DNA of 64,000 nt from Candidatus Bathyarchaeia archaeon (GTDB taxonomy: Archaea; Thermoproteota; Bathyarchaeia; 40CM-2-53-6), in NCBI GenBank assembly GCA_050013255.1, contig JBEKFP010000001.1, positions 960,001 through 1,024,000 of the forward strand, given 5' to 3'. Positions 19,618-28,744 of this stretch are shown piece after piece. A program made the position numbers and the translations under genes. The notes under the pieces were generated by a model. The model made no database searches and was not told where the DNA came from. It saw only the letters and a program-made list of their open reading frames with translations. Position 1 is the stretch's first letter, and each line of letters starts with the position of its first letter.

Positions 19618-21965
19618 ATCTTTTCCTTCTCCCCGGCCTTTTTGGCTTCCCGCGCCCTCTTCATGGCTATTAACACTTTATCGGGTGTGGTGGGTATTTC
19701 GTATAGCCTAACTCCTAGTGCATTGTCAATTGCGTTGACGATGGCGGGTGCGGGTAGGACTATTGGCGGTTCCCCAATTGCTTTCGCGCCGTATGGGCCT
19801 AGGTGTCCTGGGTATTCTACGATTATGGTTTTGATTTCGGGGATGTCGAGTGAGGTGGGTATGTAGTAGTCTGCAAGGTTGGGGTTTTGGACGATGCCAT
19901 CTTTGTGGACCAAATCTTCCATAATTGCGTAACCTAATCCTTGCACTGTGCCCCCTTCGATTTGGCCTTCGACGGATAGCGGGTTGATGGCTTTGCCTAC
20001 ATCGTAGGCTGCGACCATCTTCTTGACCTGCACTTTGCCAGTTTCACTGTCAACTTCCACTTCAGCTGTGACTGCGCCGTACGTGTATTGTAGGTATGTT
20101 GTTCCTTGGCTTGTTTCAGGATCGTATTCGCATTTGGGCGCTGTAAATGTTCCAGACTCTTTCAGCTGGATCCCGTGCTTGTACGCGTGTTCGACCAATT
20201 CTTGGAAGGAGAAGGAGTGTTGGGTCTTAGATTTCTGGTAGTATTTTGCGTCAGCTGATTCGACTTCGCTGGTTGCGCAACCTAACATTTCCGCCGCAAT
20301 ATCTTTGAGCTTCTGGTTCAGCGTGCCAGCAACCATCTGGGTTGCGCGGCCGCCGATTGTAATCGTTCGCGAAGCGACAGTCGGGCCGGTGTCAGTGCAG
20401 AAATCTGTGTCGGGTGCTTCCAGCCTAAAGTAGTTCATGGGGAGGTGCATGGTCTCCGCAGCGATTTGTATTAGGCCGGAGGGTGCTCCAGTTCCATATT
20501 CCGTGAGCCCAGTCCTAAATCTGATTGTGCCGTCCCTGTCGATTTGCATGTGGACTGCCGCGTAATCGTTTCCCTCTGGGCCAAGGCTGTTTCCATGGTA
20601 GAGGATAGCGATGCCTAGGCCTCGGCGCTTGGTTCCCCTCATCTTAGCGAACTCTTCGCGCTTCCTATACCAATCTGATTCCTTCACCGCCTTGCTAATG
20701 CATTCTTCGAGTCCGCACGCTTCGTCGACGACTTGGCTAGTAGCCGTCAAACTTCCCGGTCGCAGGATGTTTAACAGGCGGAAGTCTATTGGGTCCATGC
20801 CGAGTTTCTTTGCAATCTCGTCAGCGATTGATTCAGCCGCAAAATGCGACTGCGGTCCGCCGAAGCCTCGGAAGGAGCCGGCCATGGTGTTGTTAGTGTA
20901 AACGCAGTAGGCGTCCGTTTTCACGTGCGGGATAACGTAGGGGCCCGTTGCATGGAAGCATGCCCGAATGACGACGAGTGGACCTAGTGAGGCGTATGCT
21001 CCCGTGTCCGCGAGCATGGTTGCTTGCCAAGCCGTGAATTTGCCATCCTTCTTCACACCGACCTTCAATGTCGTAACGAATGGGTGGCGCTTCGTGTGCC
21101 CTACCATGGATTCTTCGCGAGTGTAAGCTAGCGCGGCTGGTTTCCGAGTTTTTATCGCGACCAACGCCGCCATCCCCAAGACATCAACTGGTATCTCATC
21201 GGACTTTGGACCGAATGCGCCGCCCGTCACGGCTTGTATGACGCGAACTTGGTCAGGCCGCAGCGAGAGAATCTTGGCTATGCCAGTTTGGACGTGGAAG
21301 GGGCTCTGGATTGAGCCGACGCATGTTACCGAACCATCAGGCTCGGGAACCACGAATCCCGCTTCAGTTTCCAGTGGGACAGGTTCTTGGAATTGGCTCT
21401 TGTACGTGCGTTCAACGATTAGGTCCGCCTGTTTGAAGCCTTCCTCCACATTGCCCTTTCGCAATTTCATATGCTTGGCTATGTTCCCGTTCCTGTGAAT
21501 TGTCGGGGCGCCCGGTCTCAAAGCATCGACAGGAGAGAAAACTGCTGGTAGGGGTTCGTACTCAAGCTTGACCAAGTCAACTGCTTCCTCAGCGACGGAT
21601 TGGTCGTAGGATGCGATGGCCGCAATCGGTTCACCAGCAAATCTTACCCTATCAGTCGCGAACAGCGGCTTGTCTGGCAAAAGTGCTGTGGACTCGTTAA
21701 TGCCCGGAATATCTTGGGCGGTGACAACCGCCGCAACGCCAGGCAATTTTCTAGCCTCGGTAACGTCAACCCGCTTCAAAAGGGCATGCGCGACGCTTGA
21801 TCTCACAACCTTCAAGTACAGCGCATTTTCCGGAACGATATCCATTGTGTAAATTGGTTTCCCAAGCACTTTGTCGACAGAGTCGAGTCTTTGAATGTTT
21901 TTGCCCACAACTAGCAGTTGTCTGCTCTTCGTGAGTTTCTCTACTGCCGCTTGATCATCAACCAT
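19614..21965 (-). CDS. xanthine dehydrogenase family molybdopterin-binding large subunit (set 1)
   Basis: GGAFGPK, GSFRGFGGPQ, ASRT, GQIEGG..QGLG, GAKAIGEPP. Confidence 0.93.
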   Translation of the reverse strand: MVDDQAAVEKLTKSRQLLVVGKNIQRLDSVDKVLGKPIYTMDIVPENALYLKVVRSSVAHALLKRVDVTEARKLPGVAAVVTAQDIPGINESTALLPDKPLFATDRVRFAGEPIAAIASYDQSVAEEAVDLVKLEYEPLPAVFSPVDALRPGAPTIHRNGNIAKHMKLRKGNVEEGFKQADLIVERTYKSQFQEPVPLETEAGFVVPEPDGSVTCVGSIQSPFHVQTGIAKILSLRPDQVRVIQAVTGGAFGPKSDEIPVDVLGMAALVAIKTRKPAALAYTREESMVGHTKRHPFVTTLKVGVKKDGKFTAWQATMLADTGAYASLGPLVVIRACFHATGPYVIPHVKTDAYCVYTNNTMAGSFRGFGGPQSHFAAESIADEIAKKLGMDPIDFRLLNILRPGSLTATSQVVDEACGLEECISKAVKESDWYRKREEFAKMRGTKRRGLGIAILYHGNSLGPEGNDYAAVHMQIDRDGTIRFRTGLTEYGTGAPSGLIQIAAETMHLPMNYFRLEAPDTDFCTDTGPTVASRTITIGGRATQMVAGTLNQKLKDIAAEMLGCATSEVESADAKYYQKSKTQHSFSFQELVEHAYKHGIQLKESGTFTAPKCEYDPETSQGTTYLQYTYGAVTAEVEVDSETGKVQVKKMVAAYDVGKAINPLSVEGQIEGGTVQGLGYAIMEDLVHKDGIVQNPNLADYYIPTSLDIPEIKTIIVEYPGHLGPYGAKAIGEPPIVLPAPAIVNAIDNALGVRLYEIPTTPDKVLIAMKRAREAKKAGEKEKI

Positions 21966-21971
21966 TGGTTG

Positions 21972-22445
21972 CTACTTCTCCATTTCATGAGCCGCTGCCT
22001 TCACGGCCTCAAAGATTTTCAAGTAGCCTGTGCAGCGGCATAGGATTCCGCTGGTTGCCCTGCGGATCTGGTCCTCACTTGGGTTGGGGGTCTTGTCGAG
22101 AAGGTTCTTTGATGCCAGAATCATGGCTGGGATGCAAAATCCACATTGAGACGCATTCCATTCCGTGAATGTTCGTTGTAGCGGGTGAAGCTTCTCGGCG
22201 GTTCCGATTCCTTCGATGGTTCCGATCTTCTTGTTTCTGGCTTGTATGGCGAAAATTAAGCATGAGTTGACGAGTTTCCCATCCATCAACACACCACATA
22301 TGCCGCAGTCACCTGTGCTGCAACCTTCCTTGGTTCCCTTCAAACCTAACCTGTCACGAAGGACATCCAATAATCGTTCATGGGATTGGACCAATAAAGC
22401 GTAGTCTTCTCCATTAACCGTGAACTTCAGAAGATGCTTAGACAA
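21972..22445 (-). CDS. XDH family 2Fe-2S small subunit (set 1)
   Basis: GTKEGCSTGDCGIC, QCGFC, CRCTGY. Confidence 0.93.
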   Translation of the reverse strand: MSKHLLKFTVNGEDYALLVQSHERLLDVLRDRLGLKGTKEGCSTGDCGICGVLMDGKLVNSCLIFAIQARNKKIGTIEGIGTAEKLHPLQRTFTEWNASQCGFCIPAMILASKNLLDKTPNPSEDQIRRATSGILCRCTGYLKIFEAVKAAAHEMEK

Positions 22446-23325
22446 AGCTTTCCTCCCCTAACAACATGCTCGCAGACCTACCAAGGGCCCGCTTGAAAAG
22501 CACGCTTGCGACATCGGTGCGGTATTCGCCCGAGACTCTGAAATCTGAACTTAGCTTCAGCTCGCTCCTCAAAGCGAAGGCAGCATCCTCGACGGCCTGC
22601 GCACTCAGCATTTGTCCGCGTAATTTCTCTTCAGCCCGCTTCGATCGTTCCGGGATCTTTCCGCCCACGCGGTTGAAGGCAATTCGAACATCTTCGACAC
22701 GCTTAGTTTTCCTTTCCAGCCTCAGATAGACAGCTGAATTAACGAAAGCAATTATCAGTGAATTTCTCATCCCAATCTTCTCGAAGGCGCATGCAGTTTG
22801 GTCATCGAGCGCCTTGAACATGGTCTCAACGACAATCTCGTTTGGTCTCAGGTCGGTTACTCGTTTGCCCTTCAGAAACTCCTCAAGCCGCATTACGCGT
22901 TCTCCATGTTCGCTGCGCATGCGAACTTGTGCATCAAGGACTAGGAGTACGGGTAGGAGGTCTTCAGATGATGAGGCGGCGCAAATGTTGCCGCCCACAG
23001 TGGCCACGTTGATTATCGATGGTCCACCGAACTTCGCCGCGACTTCACGGAAAACTTCGTGCCGTGAATCTATGATCGGTGAGTCGATCAGGTCGGATAT
23101 TGTTGTCAGTGCACCTATTCTGATTAGGTCCCCCGCTTTTTTCACGTAATTGAATTCCGCTAAGCCTGAAAGGTCGATTAGCGTTTTGGGGTTGACCTGC
23201 CTGCGTTGGATTCGGTTGATTAGGTCGCTTCCGTTCGCTATCAGGTGGACTCCGGACTGGTGTGTGTTTAGGTAGTGAAGTAGGTCAGGTAGGTCCTCTG
23301 GGACGTACATGTCGAACCTACGCAT
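22438..23325 (-). CDS. XDH family FAD-binding medium subunit (set 1)
   Basis: ANGSDL, IGALTT, ATVGGNIC, DFRVSGEYR. Confidence 0.9.
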   Translation of the reverse strand: MRRFDMYVPEDLPDLLHYLNTHQSGVHLIANGSDLINRIQRRQVNPKTLIDLSGLAEFNYVKKAGDLIRIGALTTISDLIDSPIIDSRHEVFREVAAKFGGPSIINVATVGGNICAASSSEDLLPVLLVLDAQVRMRSEHGERVMRLEEFLKGKRVTDLRPNEIVVETMFKALDDQTACAFEKIGMRNSLIIAFVNSAVYLRLERKTKRVEDVRIAFNRVGGKIPERSKRAEEKLRGQMLSAQAVEDAAFALRSELKLSSDFRVSGEYRTDVASVLFKRALGRSASMLLGEESFV

Positions 23326-23330
23326 CTAAC

Positions 23331-23606
23331 TCATCCACCTGCTGCTGGTGGAACTAGTAATACGAGGTCTCCATCATTTAGTTTCATCGAAAGGTCAGGC
23401 GGATTCTGAACTGCATTATTAACGTAGAAAAGGGTGTACCCTCGGAGTTGCCCTTCAGGGTCAAAGAGCAGGTCCTTAACGGCTCCGTTCTTATTGATGA
23501 GCGTCTGGAGCACCTCGTTCAGGGTGCTTGCTTGAACTTCGATTTCACTCTCGCCTACGCTCGCCCTCAATTCGTGAAATAACCTAACCTTGACTCTTGC
23601 TCGCAC
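23331..23606 (-). CDS. MoaD/SAMP ubiquitin-like sulfur carrier
   Basis: Beta-grasp pattern ending LVPPAAGG. Confidence 0.9.
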   Translation of the reverse strand: MRARVKVRLFHELRASVGESEIEVQASTLNEVLQTLINKNGAVKDLLFDPEGQLRGYTLFYVNNAVQNPPDLSMKLNDGDLVLLVPPAAGG

Positions 23607-25911
23607 TTGTTCCAGCCTCCTGTTCTTTCATCGCTTTGTAAACCCGTTCCGGCGTTGCAGGTAATGTGTAGACGCGTGTGCCAGTCGCGTCACATATGGC
23701 ATTAGCCACGACTGAACCCACGGGAATTATGCCGATCTCCCCTAGGCCCTTCGCCCCGAAGGGTCCGATCTTTTCGTACGTTTCAACCGGGTCCACTTCA
23801 ATCTCCGGGATGTCACATATTGTCGGAATAATGTAGGTGGTGAAGTTGTTGGTTCTTACTACGCCGTTCTGGATTTGGGTCTCTTCAGTTAGGGCGAAGC
23901 CTAGGCCTTGGACTATCGCGCCCTCGCATTGGCCAGTGTAGGATTGTGGGTTGATGATTCTTCCCGATTCAGGCGATAGAAAGAATTTGATCACCTTCGT
24001 GGCTCCCGTTAGAGTGTTTACTTCCACTAACGCAACTGCGCTTGCGTACATGTAAGACCAGTGCGGGATCTCTATGCTCCCTTCGACGGGTTTATCGACC
24101 CGTGGGACATTGAAGCCAGCCTCGATCTTCGTTTCCGCTCCTGATTGATGCATGTATTGGGCGATTTCAGGGTATGTGGCAGACTTGTTCTTCATCGAAA
24201 CCACGCGAGATTCTTTGAAGGTTAGCTTCTCCTTTGGCTGGCTGAGAATCTTCGCTGCGGCCTCGAGTAGCAAATCGTTCATCTTTGGAGCCGCAGCAAG
24301 AATCGCGTTGCCTCCTCTAACCAAGGCCATGGATGCTGATGATGTGCCAGTGTCTGGTGCTAGCTGCGAATCTCCTGAAGCGATGTAGACATCTCCGAGG
24401 TCACAGTGCAGCGCCTCAGCAGCAATCTGCGAATACGCCGTCACAGCTCCCTGTCCAATCTCCGGGCAACTAACCCCAACAACGAACTTACCGGCCGGCG
24501 TGATCTGAATTGAGACGGCGGCAAAATCCGGTAATGCTCCGAAACCAAAACCTTTCACAGCCGTTGTTACTGCGACCCCTCTCTTGCACCAAGGCGCCGA
24601 CGGTTTGGATTTGTATTGTTTCCGATTTCTCCAAACATCAGATCTCTCGGCTTTCTCAAGGGTTTCATAGATGCCCACGCTTCCGCGCAGTTTGTAACCG
24701 AAGGGGGCAATCTCACCTTCGCGGAGAACGTTCTTCTTGCGAATCTCCAATCTATCCATGCCGAGTTTCTCTGCAATGATGTCTAAGTTAGATTCTAATG
24801 CAAAGTTAACTTGTGGTGCGCCGAAACCGCGGAATGCACCGGCCACGCCGTTGTTGGTGTAAACTAGTGAGGCATCTATCTCGATATTTGGTATTCGGTA
24901 GGGGCCGCATGAATTCTCAATAGCAACATCTAGCACAGTAGGTCCCAGCGACGCGTATGCTCCGGTGTCGGCAACTATACGGACTTGATTGGCGAGAAGT
25001 CGGCCTTCCTTGTCCACTCCGGTTTTCGTTGTGACTATCATTGGGTGGCGTTTCATACCGGTGACCCCAGACTCTTCTCGAGTCCACACCATTTTCACCG
25101 GGCGTTTCGTTTTCAGCGCGAGCATCGCGAGGTGAATTTGGACTGTGTTCTCTTCTTTACCGCCGAAGGCACCTCCAACTGGTGTAGAAACAACTCTAAC
25201 CTGTTCAGGTTTTATTCCGAGCGCTCTCGAGACCTGCATTTGGTCTCTGTAAGGTGATTGCCCTCCCACGTAGAGCACGATCCTTCCTTGATCATCGAGC
25301 ATGCCGAGGCCGGCTTCAACCTCGAGAAACATGTGCATCTGCCGCCCGGTGCGGTATGTATTTTCAACGACCACCGCGGCTTCTCGGAATGCCTTTTGGA
25401 CATCACCCACGCGAACAGTTGCATGCCTCAGGACGTTTCCCTTTTCGTGGACTTTCGGGGCATCTGGTTTCATGGCTTCTACTGGGTCGGAAACGACGGG
25501 GAGAGGGTCGTAGTCAACTTCGACGAGCTGCGCAGCTTTCTCTGCTGCTTCCAAATTCTCCGCTGCGACAACAGCGATTGCGTCTCCTAGGTATCTTACC
25601 TTGTCGTTACATAGAACGGGTTGGTCGGGTAGAATGATGCCAAACCCGTTGAGCCCAGGGACATCCTTGTGGGTAAGAACCGCCACAACACCAGGTACCG
25701 CTTCAGCCTTCTCCGTGCTGATTCTCTTAATCAGAGCGTGGGGGTACTTGCTTCTCGCAACCTTAGCATAGAGCATCTTCGGTAATGACATGTCCGAAAA
25801 GAACTTGGTCTCACCGGTAACTTTGCCCGCACCGTCTCTCCGAACGACTGATTTTCCCACCCACTTCAATTTTTCCTTGCCAACTACAACGGTTTCAGTC
25901 ATCTCACTCAA
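23584..25911 (-). CDS. xanthine dehydrogenase family molybdopterin-binding large subunit (set 2)
   Basis: KVTG, GGAFGGK, GAFRGFGAPQ, EIGQG, GAKGLGE. Confidence 0.93.
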   Translation of the reverse strand: MSEMTETVVVGKEKLKWVGKSVVRRDGAGKVTGETKFFSDMSLPKMLYAKVARSKYPHALIKRISTEKAEAVPGVVAVLTHKDVPGLNGFGIILPDQPVLCNDKVRYLGDAIAVVAAENLEAAEKAAQLVEVDYDPLPVVSDPVEAMKPDAPKVHEKGNVLRHATVRVGDVQKAFREAAVVVENTYRTGRQMHMFLEVEAGLGMLDDQGRIVLYVGGQSPYRDQMQVSRALGIKPEQVRVVSTPVGGAFGGKEENTVQIHLAMLALKTKRPVKMVWTREESGVTGMKRHPMIVTTKTGVDKEGRLLANQVRIVADTGAYASLGPTVLDVAIENSCGPYRIPNIEIDASLVYTNNGVAGAFRGFGAPQVNFALESNLDIIAEKLGMDRLEIRKKNVLREGEIAPFGYKLRGSVGIYETLEKAERSDVWRNRKQYKSKPSAPWCKRGVAVTTAVKGFGFGALPDFAAVSIQITPAGKFVVGVSCPEIGQGAVTAYSQIAAEALHCDLGDVYIASGDSQLAPDTGTSSASMALVRGGNAILAAAPKMNDLLLEAAAKILSQPKEKLTFKESRVVSMKNKSATYPEIAQYMHQSGAETKIEAGFNVPRVDKPVEGSIEIPHWSYMYASAVALVEVNTLTGATKVIKFFLSPESGRIINPQSYTGQCEGAIVQGLGFALTEETQIQNGVVRTNNFTTYIIPTICDIPEIEVDPVETYEKIGPFGAKGLGEIGIIPVGSVVANAICDATGTRVYTLPATPERVYKAMKEQEAGTSASKSQG

Positions 25912-26147
25912 CCTCCCGCTATCGGTGGGACGACCAAGATTTCATCGCCGTCATTGAGCCTGGATGATGGTTTGAGCCTGACTCCTTCTCGAACAATGTA
26001 GAGGTAGTCTTTGTCCCTAACTGAGATGGAGTTGAGCAGATCTTCAGTTGTCGCGCCTTCGCCTAATTCAAGCGTTAGTTCGTTGCTCTCGAGCGCGAGC
26101 GAAGGAGCGCCAAAGATTCTGACCCGGACGTGGACAGGATTACCCGT
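25908..26147 (-). CDS. second MoaD/SAMP ubiquitin-like sulfur carrier (start uncertain)
   Basis: VRVRIFG...LNDGDEILVVPPIAGG; no ATG/GTG/TTG near the domain start; in-frame ACG at 26147. Confidence 0.8.
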   Translation of the reverse strand, partial: TGNPVHVRVRIFGAPSLALESNELTLELGEGATTEDLLNSISVRDKDYLYIVREGVRLKPSSRLNDGDEILVVPPIAGG

Positions 26148-27024
26148 GAATCTTCTTCCTCCCGTACACTGCCTCGTAAAGGGCCTGGTAGACTGATGAG
26201 ACAACTGCACTCTTCCTGTACTCAGCTGAACCACGAATGTCATCTATCGGTGCAGTGTCTTCTGCGGCCAGGGTGGCAGCTTCCCACAGGGTTTTCTCCT
26301 TCAACGGCGTATGCTCCAACGCCTTCTCGCTCTTGCGAGCTCGCGTTATTACAGGGGCAACGGCACCTAGGGCAACTCTCGCCTCAGCAAATGAACCGGA
26401 CGAGTCTCTCTCGCGCAGTACCACCGCCACGTCAACTATTGAAATTGCATTAGCTTCCCGCAGGCCGAGTTTCATGTAGGCGCCGCGATCCTTTGAATTC
26501 AATGGCTTGAAGTAGACTTCTTCGATCAATTCGTCTGGCCTAAGTGCGGTCTTTCTGTAGGAGACGAAAAATTGCTCGACGGGAGTTTCGCGCCGACCGG
26601 CTTTACTTTTCGTGACGACAACAGCCTCGAGAGCATACAATGGGGGGAGGCTATCTCCTGCCGGTGAAGCGTTACCTAGGTTCCCACCTAACGTTGCTGT
26701 ATTCTGGAGTTGGACGGCACCAATCTGCCTAGAAGCGTCAACAAGAACCCAAGCATGCTCCCTCGCTAACTGGGAATTCGTGATGTCGCTATAAGTGGTT
26801 AGGGAACCAATGTGAATCAAGCCATCTTGCTCTCGTATGAATCTCAGTTCCTTCAGAGACAGTATGTTCAATAGTTTCTCGACTTTCATGACGCCGTCTC
26901 GAAGTTGCACAATTACATCTGAGCCACCGGCCACAATCTTAAGCTCGGCTTGACCTTGATGGAGGATGTTGAGCGCTTCATCCAAAGTCTGGGGAGTTAT
27001 TACATCGATTTCGGAGCGCGTCAA
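26140..27024 (-). CDS. XDH family FAD-binding medium subunit (set 2)
   Basis: AGGSD, ATLGGNLGNASPAGD, DIRGSAEYR. Confidence 0.92.
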   Translation of the reverse strand: MTRSEIDVITPQTLDEALNILHQGQAELKIVAGGSDVIVQLRDGVMKVEKLLNILSLKELRFIREQDGLIHIGSLTTYSDITNSQLAREHAWVLVDASRQIGAVQLQNTATLGGNLGNASPAGDSLPPLYALEAVVVTKSKAGRRETPVEQFFVSYRKTALRPDELIEEVYFKPLNSKDRGAYMKLGLREANAISIVDVAVVLRERDSSGSFAEARVALGAVAPVITRARKSEKALEHTPLKEKTLWEAATLAAEDTAPIDDIRGSAEYRKSAVVSSVYQALYEAVYGRKKIHG

Positions 27025-27028
27025 AGAT

Positions 27029-27517
27029 TTAATGACTCCAATTCTTTGCGGCTTTCTGAACGGCTGTAATTATCTTACTGTAGCCAGTGCACCTGCAGAG
27101 GTTGCCTGATAGGGCTGTCCGAATTTCTTCCACGGAAGGTTTCTGGTTACGCATTAAGAGTGCTGAGGCTGAAACGATCATGCCTGGAATACAATGGCCG
27201 CATTGAACGGCTCCTTCCTCGAGGAAGGCTTGCTGAACTGGGTTCAGTTTCCCATCTTTCACGAGCCCTTCTGATGTAATGACCTCAGAACCTTGCGCCT
27301 GTGAAACTAGGACGAGGCAGGAACAGACGGGTTGGCCATTCATCATTACTGTGCAGGCCCCGCACTCGCCCTTAGCGCAGTCTTCCTTCGGCCCTGTCAC
27401 GTGCAGCTGCTCGCGGAGGACCTCAAGCAAAGTGTAAGCAGGTGGACATTTCACTGTCACATTTTGCCCATTGAGCCTGAAACTTATGGCGTGTTCAATA
27501 CCCACTCGACCTGACAC
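27029..27517 (-). CDS. XDH family 2Fe-2S small subunit (set 2)
   Basis: CAKGECGACTV, QCGHC, GNLCRCTGY. Confidence 0.93.
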   Translation of the reverse strand: MSGRVGIEHAISFRLNGQNVTVKCPPAYTLLEVLREQLHVTGPKEDCAKGECGACTVMMNGQPVCSCLVLVSQAQGSEVITSEGLVKDGKLNPVQQAFLEEGAVQCGHCIPGMIVSASALLMRNQKPSVEEIRTALSGNLCRCTGYSKIITAVQKAAKNWSH

Positions 27518-27721
27518 CTCTAGGCCTGGACCGGATGAACTCCGAGTGATCGCGACCCCAGAAAGAGTTCCGATAGCTCATTCTTAACCGTTCATGAGTT
27601 GTCGTACAGAACAGACATCTTCACGTGTCAAATATCCCGTAGGGGAAGGCCTCCTCAAGTCAGAAATCAGAAGTTTCACATATGCAATGCTAATCTTCAA
27701 CTCTGAGGTAGTATTCGAACC

Positions 27722-28720
27722 ATGAAACGAGTCGCACTTTACCTTCAAGACAAACACCAAGTTCGCGAGGAAATGAAGCTCGCACAATACGCTGAGAAGA
27801 AAAACTTTGAAGCTGTTTGGCACGCTGAGTCCCGTCTCGCTCGCGACGCCCTCACCCCTCTGGCTGCGATGGCAGCGGTTACTGAGAAGATTAAGCTGGG
27901 CACAGGCGTCATAAATAACTGGACGAGGAACGTTGGACTGACAGCTGTCTCGTTTCTGACTCTGGACGAATTATCCAACGGCCGCAGCCTTCTCGGTATT
28001 GGTGCGTGGTGGGACCCGCTAGCCTCGAAGGTCGGAATAGAGCGCAAGAAACCGCTGAAAGCGATGCGTGAGTACGTCACGGTTCTCCAGCGCCTTTTCA
28101 AAATGGAAAACGTGACCTTTGAGGGCGAGTTCGTAAACGTTCGGGACATAAGGCTTGACGTTGTCTACGGGGACCCTTCCACTCCACGCAACATTCCCAT
28201 TTACATCGGAGCTACCGGTTGGGAGATGGTTGAGCTCACCGGCGAAATAGCGGACGGCATACTCCTGAACTATCTTGTGTCCCCTCAGTACAACCGCAAA
28301 GCTTTGGACCACCTAAGGGAGGGCGCGAAGAAAGCGAAAAGGAAGTGGGAAGACATCGATAGACCCCAGCTTGTAGTGTGTTCGATGGACGAAGACGCAG
28401 ATAGGGCACTCGACAGTGCACGTCCTTTAGTAGCCCAGTACCTGGGGCAACAACCTCACATAGCGAAGGCTAGTGGCGTAAAGGAATCGTTGATCGAGGA
28501 AGTGAAAACTGCTCTCGGCGGATGGCCGGCAAAGCCAGGGGGCTTAGAGAGAGCGAAAGCACTGATAGACGACGCGCTAGTCCAGCTGATAACCGCTAGC
28601 GGAACCGCTGACGACTGCATGAAAAAAGTCCAGGAATACAATGACACGGGCTGCACGTGCCCAATACTCTATCCGCTTGGCGACGATGTTGAAGCCATGA
28701 TTGACGCATTTGAAACCTAG
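27722..28720 (+). CDS. LLM-class (Mer-like, probably F420-dependent) oxidoreductase
   Basis: [50 protein letters not shown]; divergent from the xdh operon. Confidence 0.85.
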   Translation: MKRVALYLQDKHQVREEMKLAQYAEKKNFEAVWHAESRLARDALTPLAAMAAVTEKIKLGTGVINNWTRNVGLTAVSFLTLDELSNGRSLLGIGAWWDPLASKVGIERKKPLKAMREYVTVLQRLFKMENVTFEGEFVNVRDIRLDVVYGDPSTPRNIPIYIGATGWEMVELTGEIADGILLNYLVSPQYNRKALDHLREGAKKAKRKWEDIDRPQLVVCSMDEDADRALDSARPLVAQYLGQQPHIAKASGVKESLIEEVKTALGGWPAKPGGLERAKALIDDALVQLITASGTADDCMKKVQEYNDTGCTCPILYPLGDDVEAMIDAFET

Positions 28721-28744
28721 CCTACTAACAGGTTGTGATTCGGG

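Noticed and set aside
27722-28720. Calling this mer and inferring methanogenesis from hdr plus a Mer-like gene
   Set aside because: No mcr, mtr or methanopterin genes in the window; the context is purine catabolism
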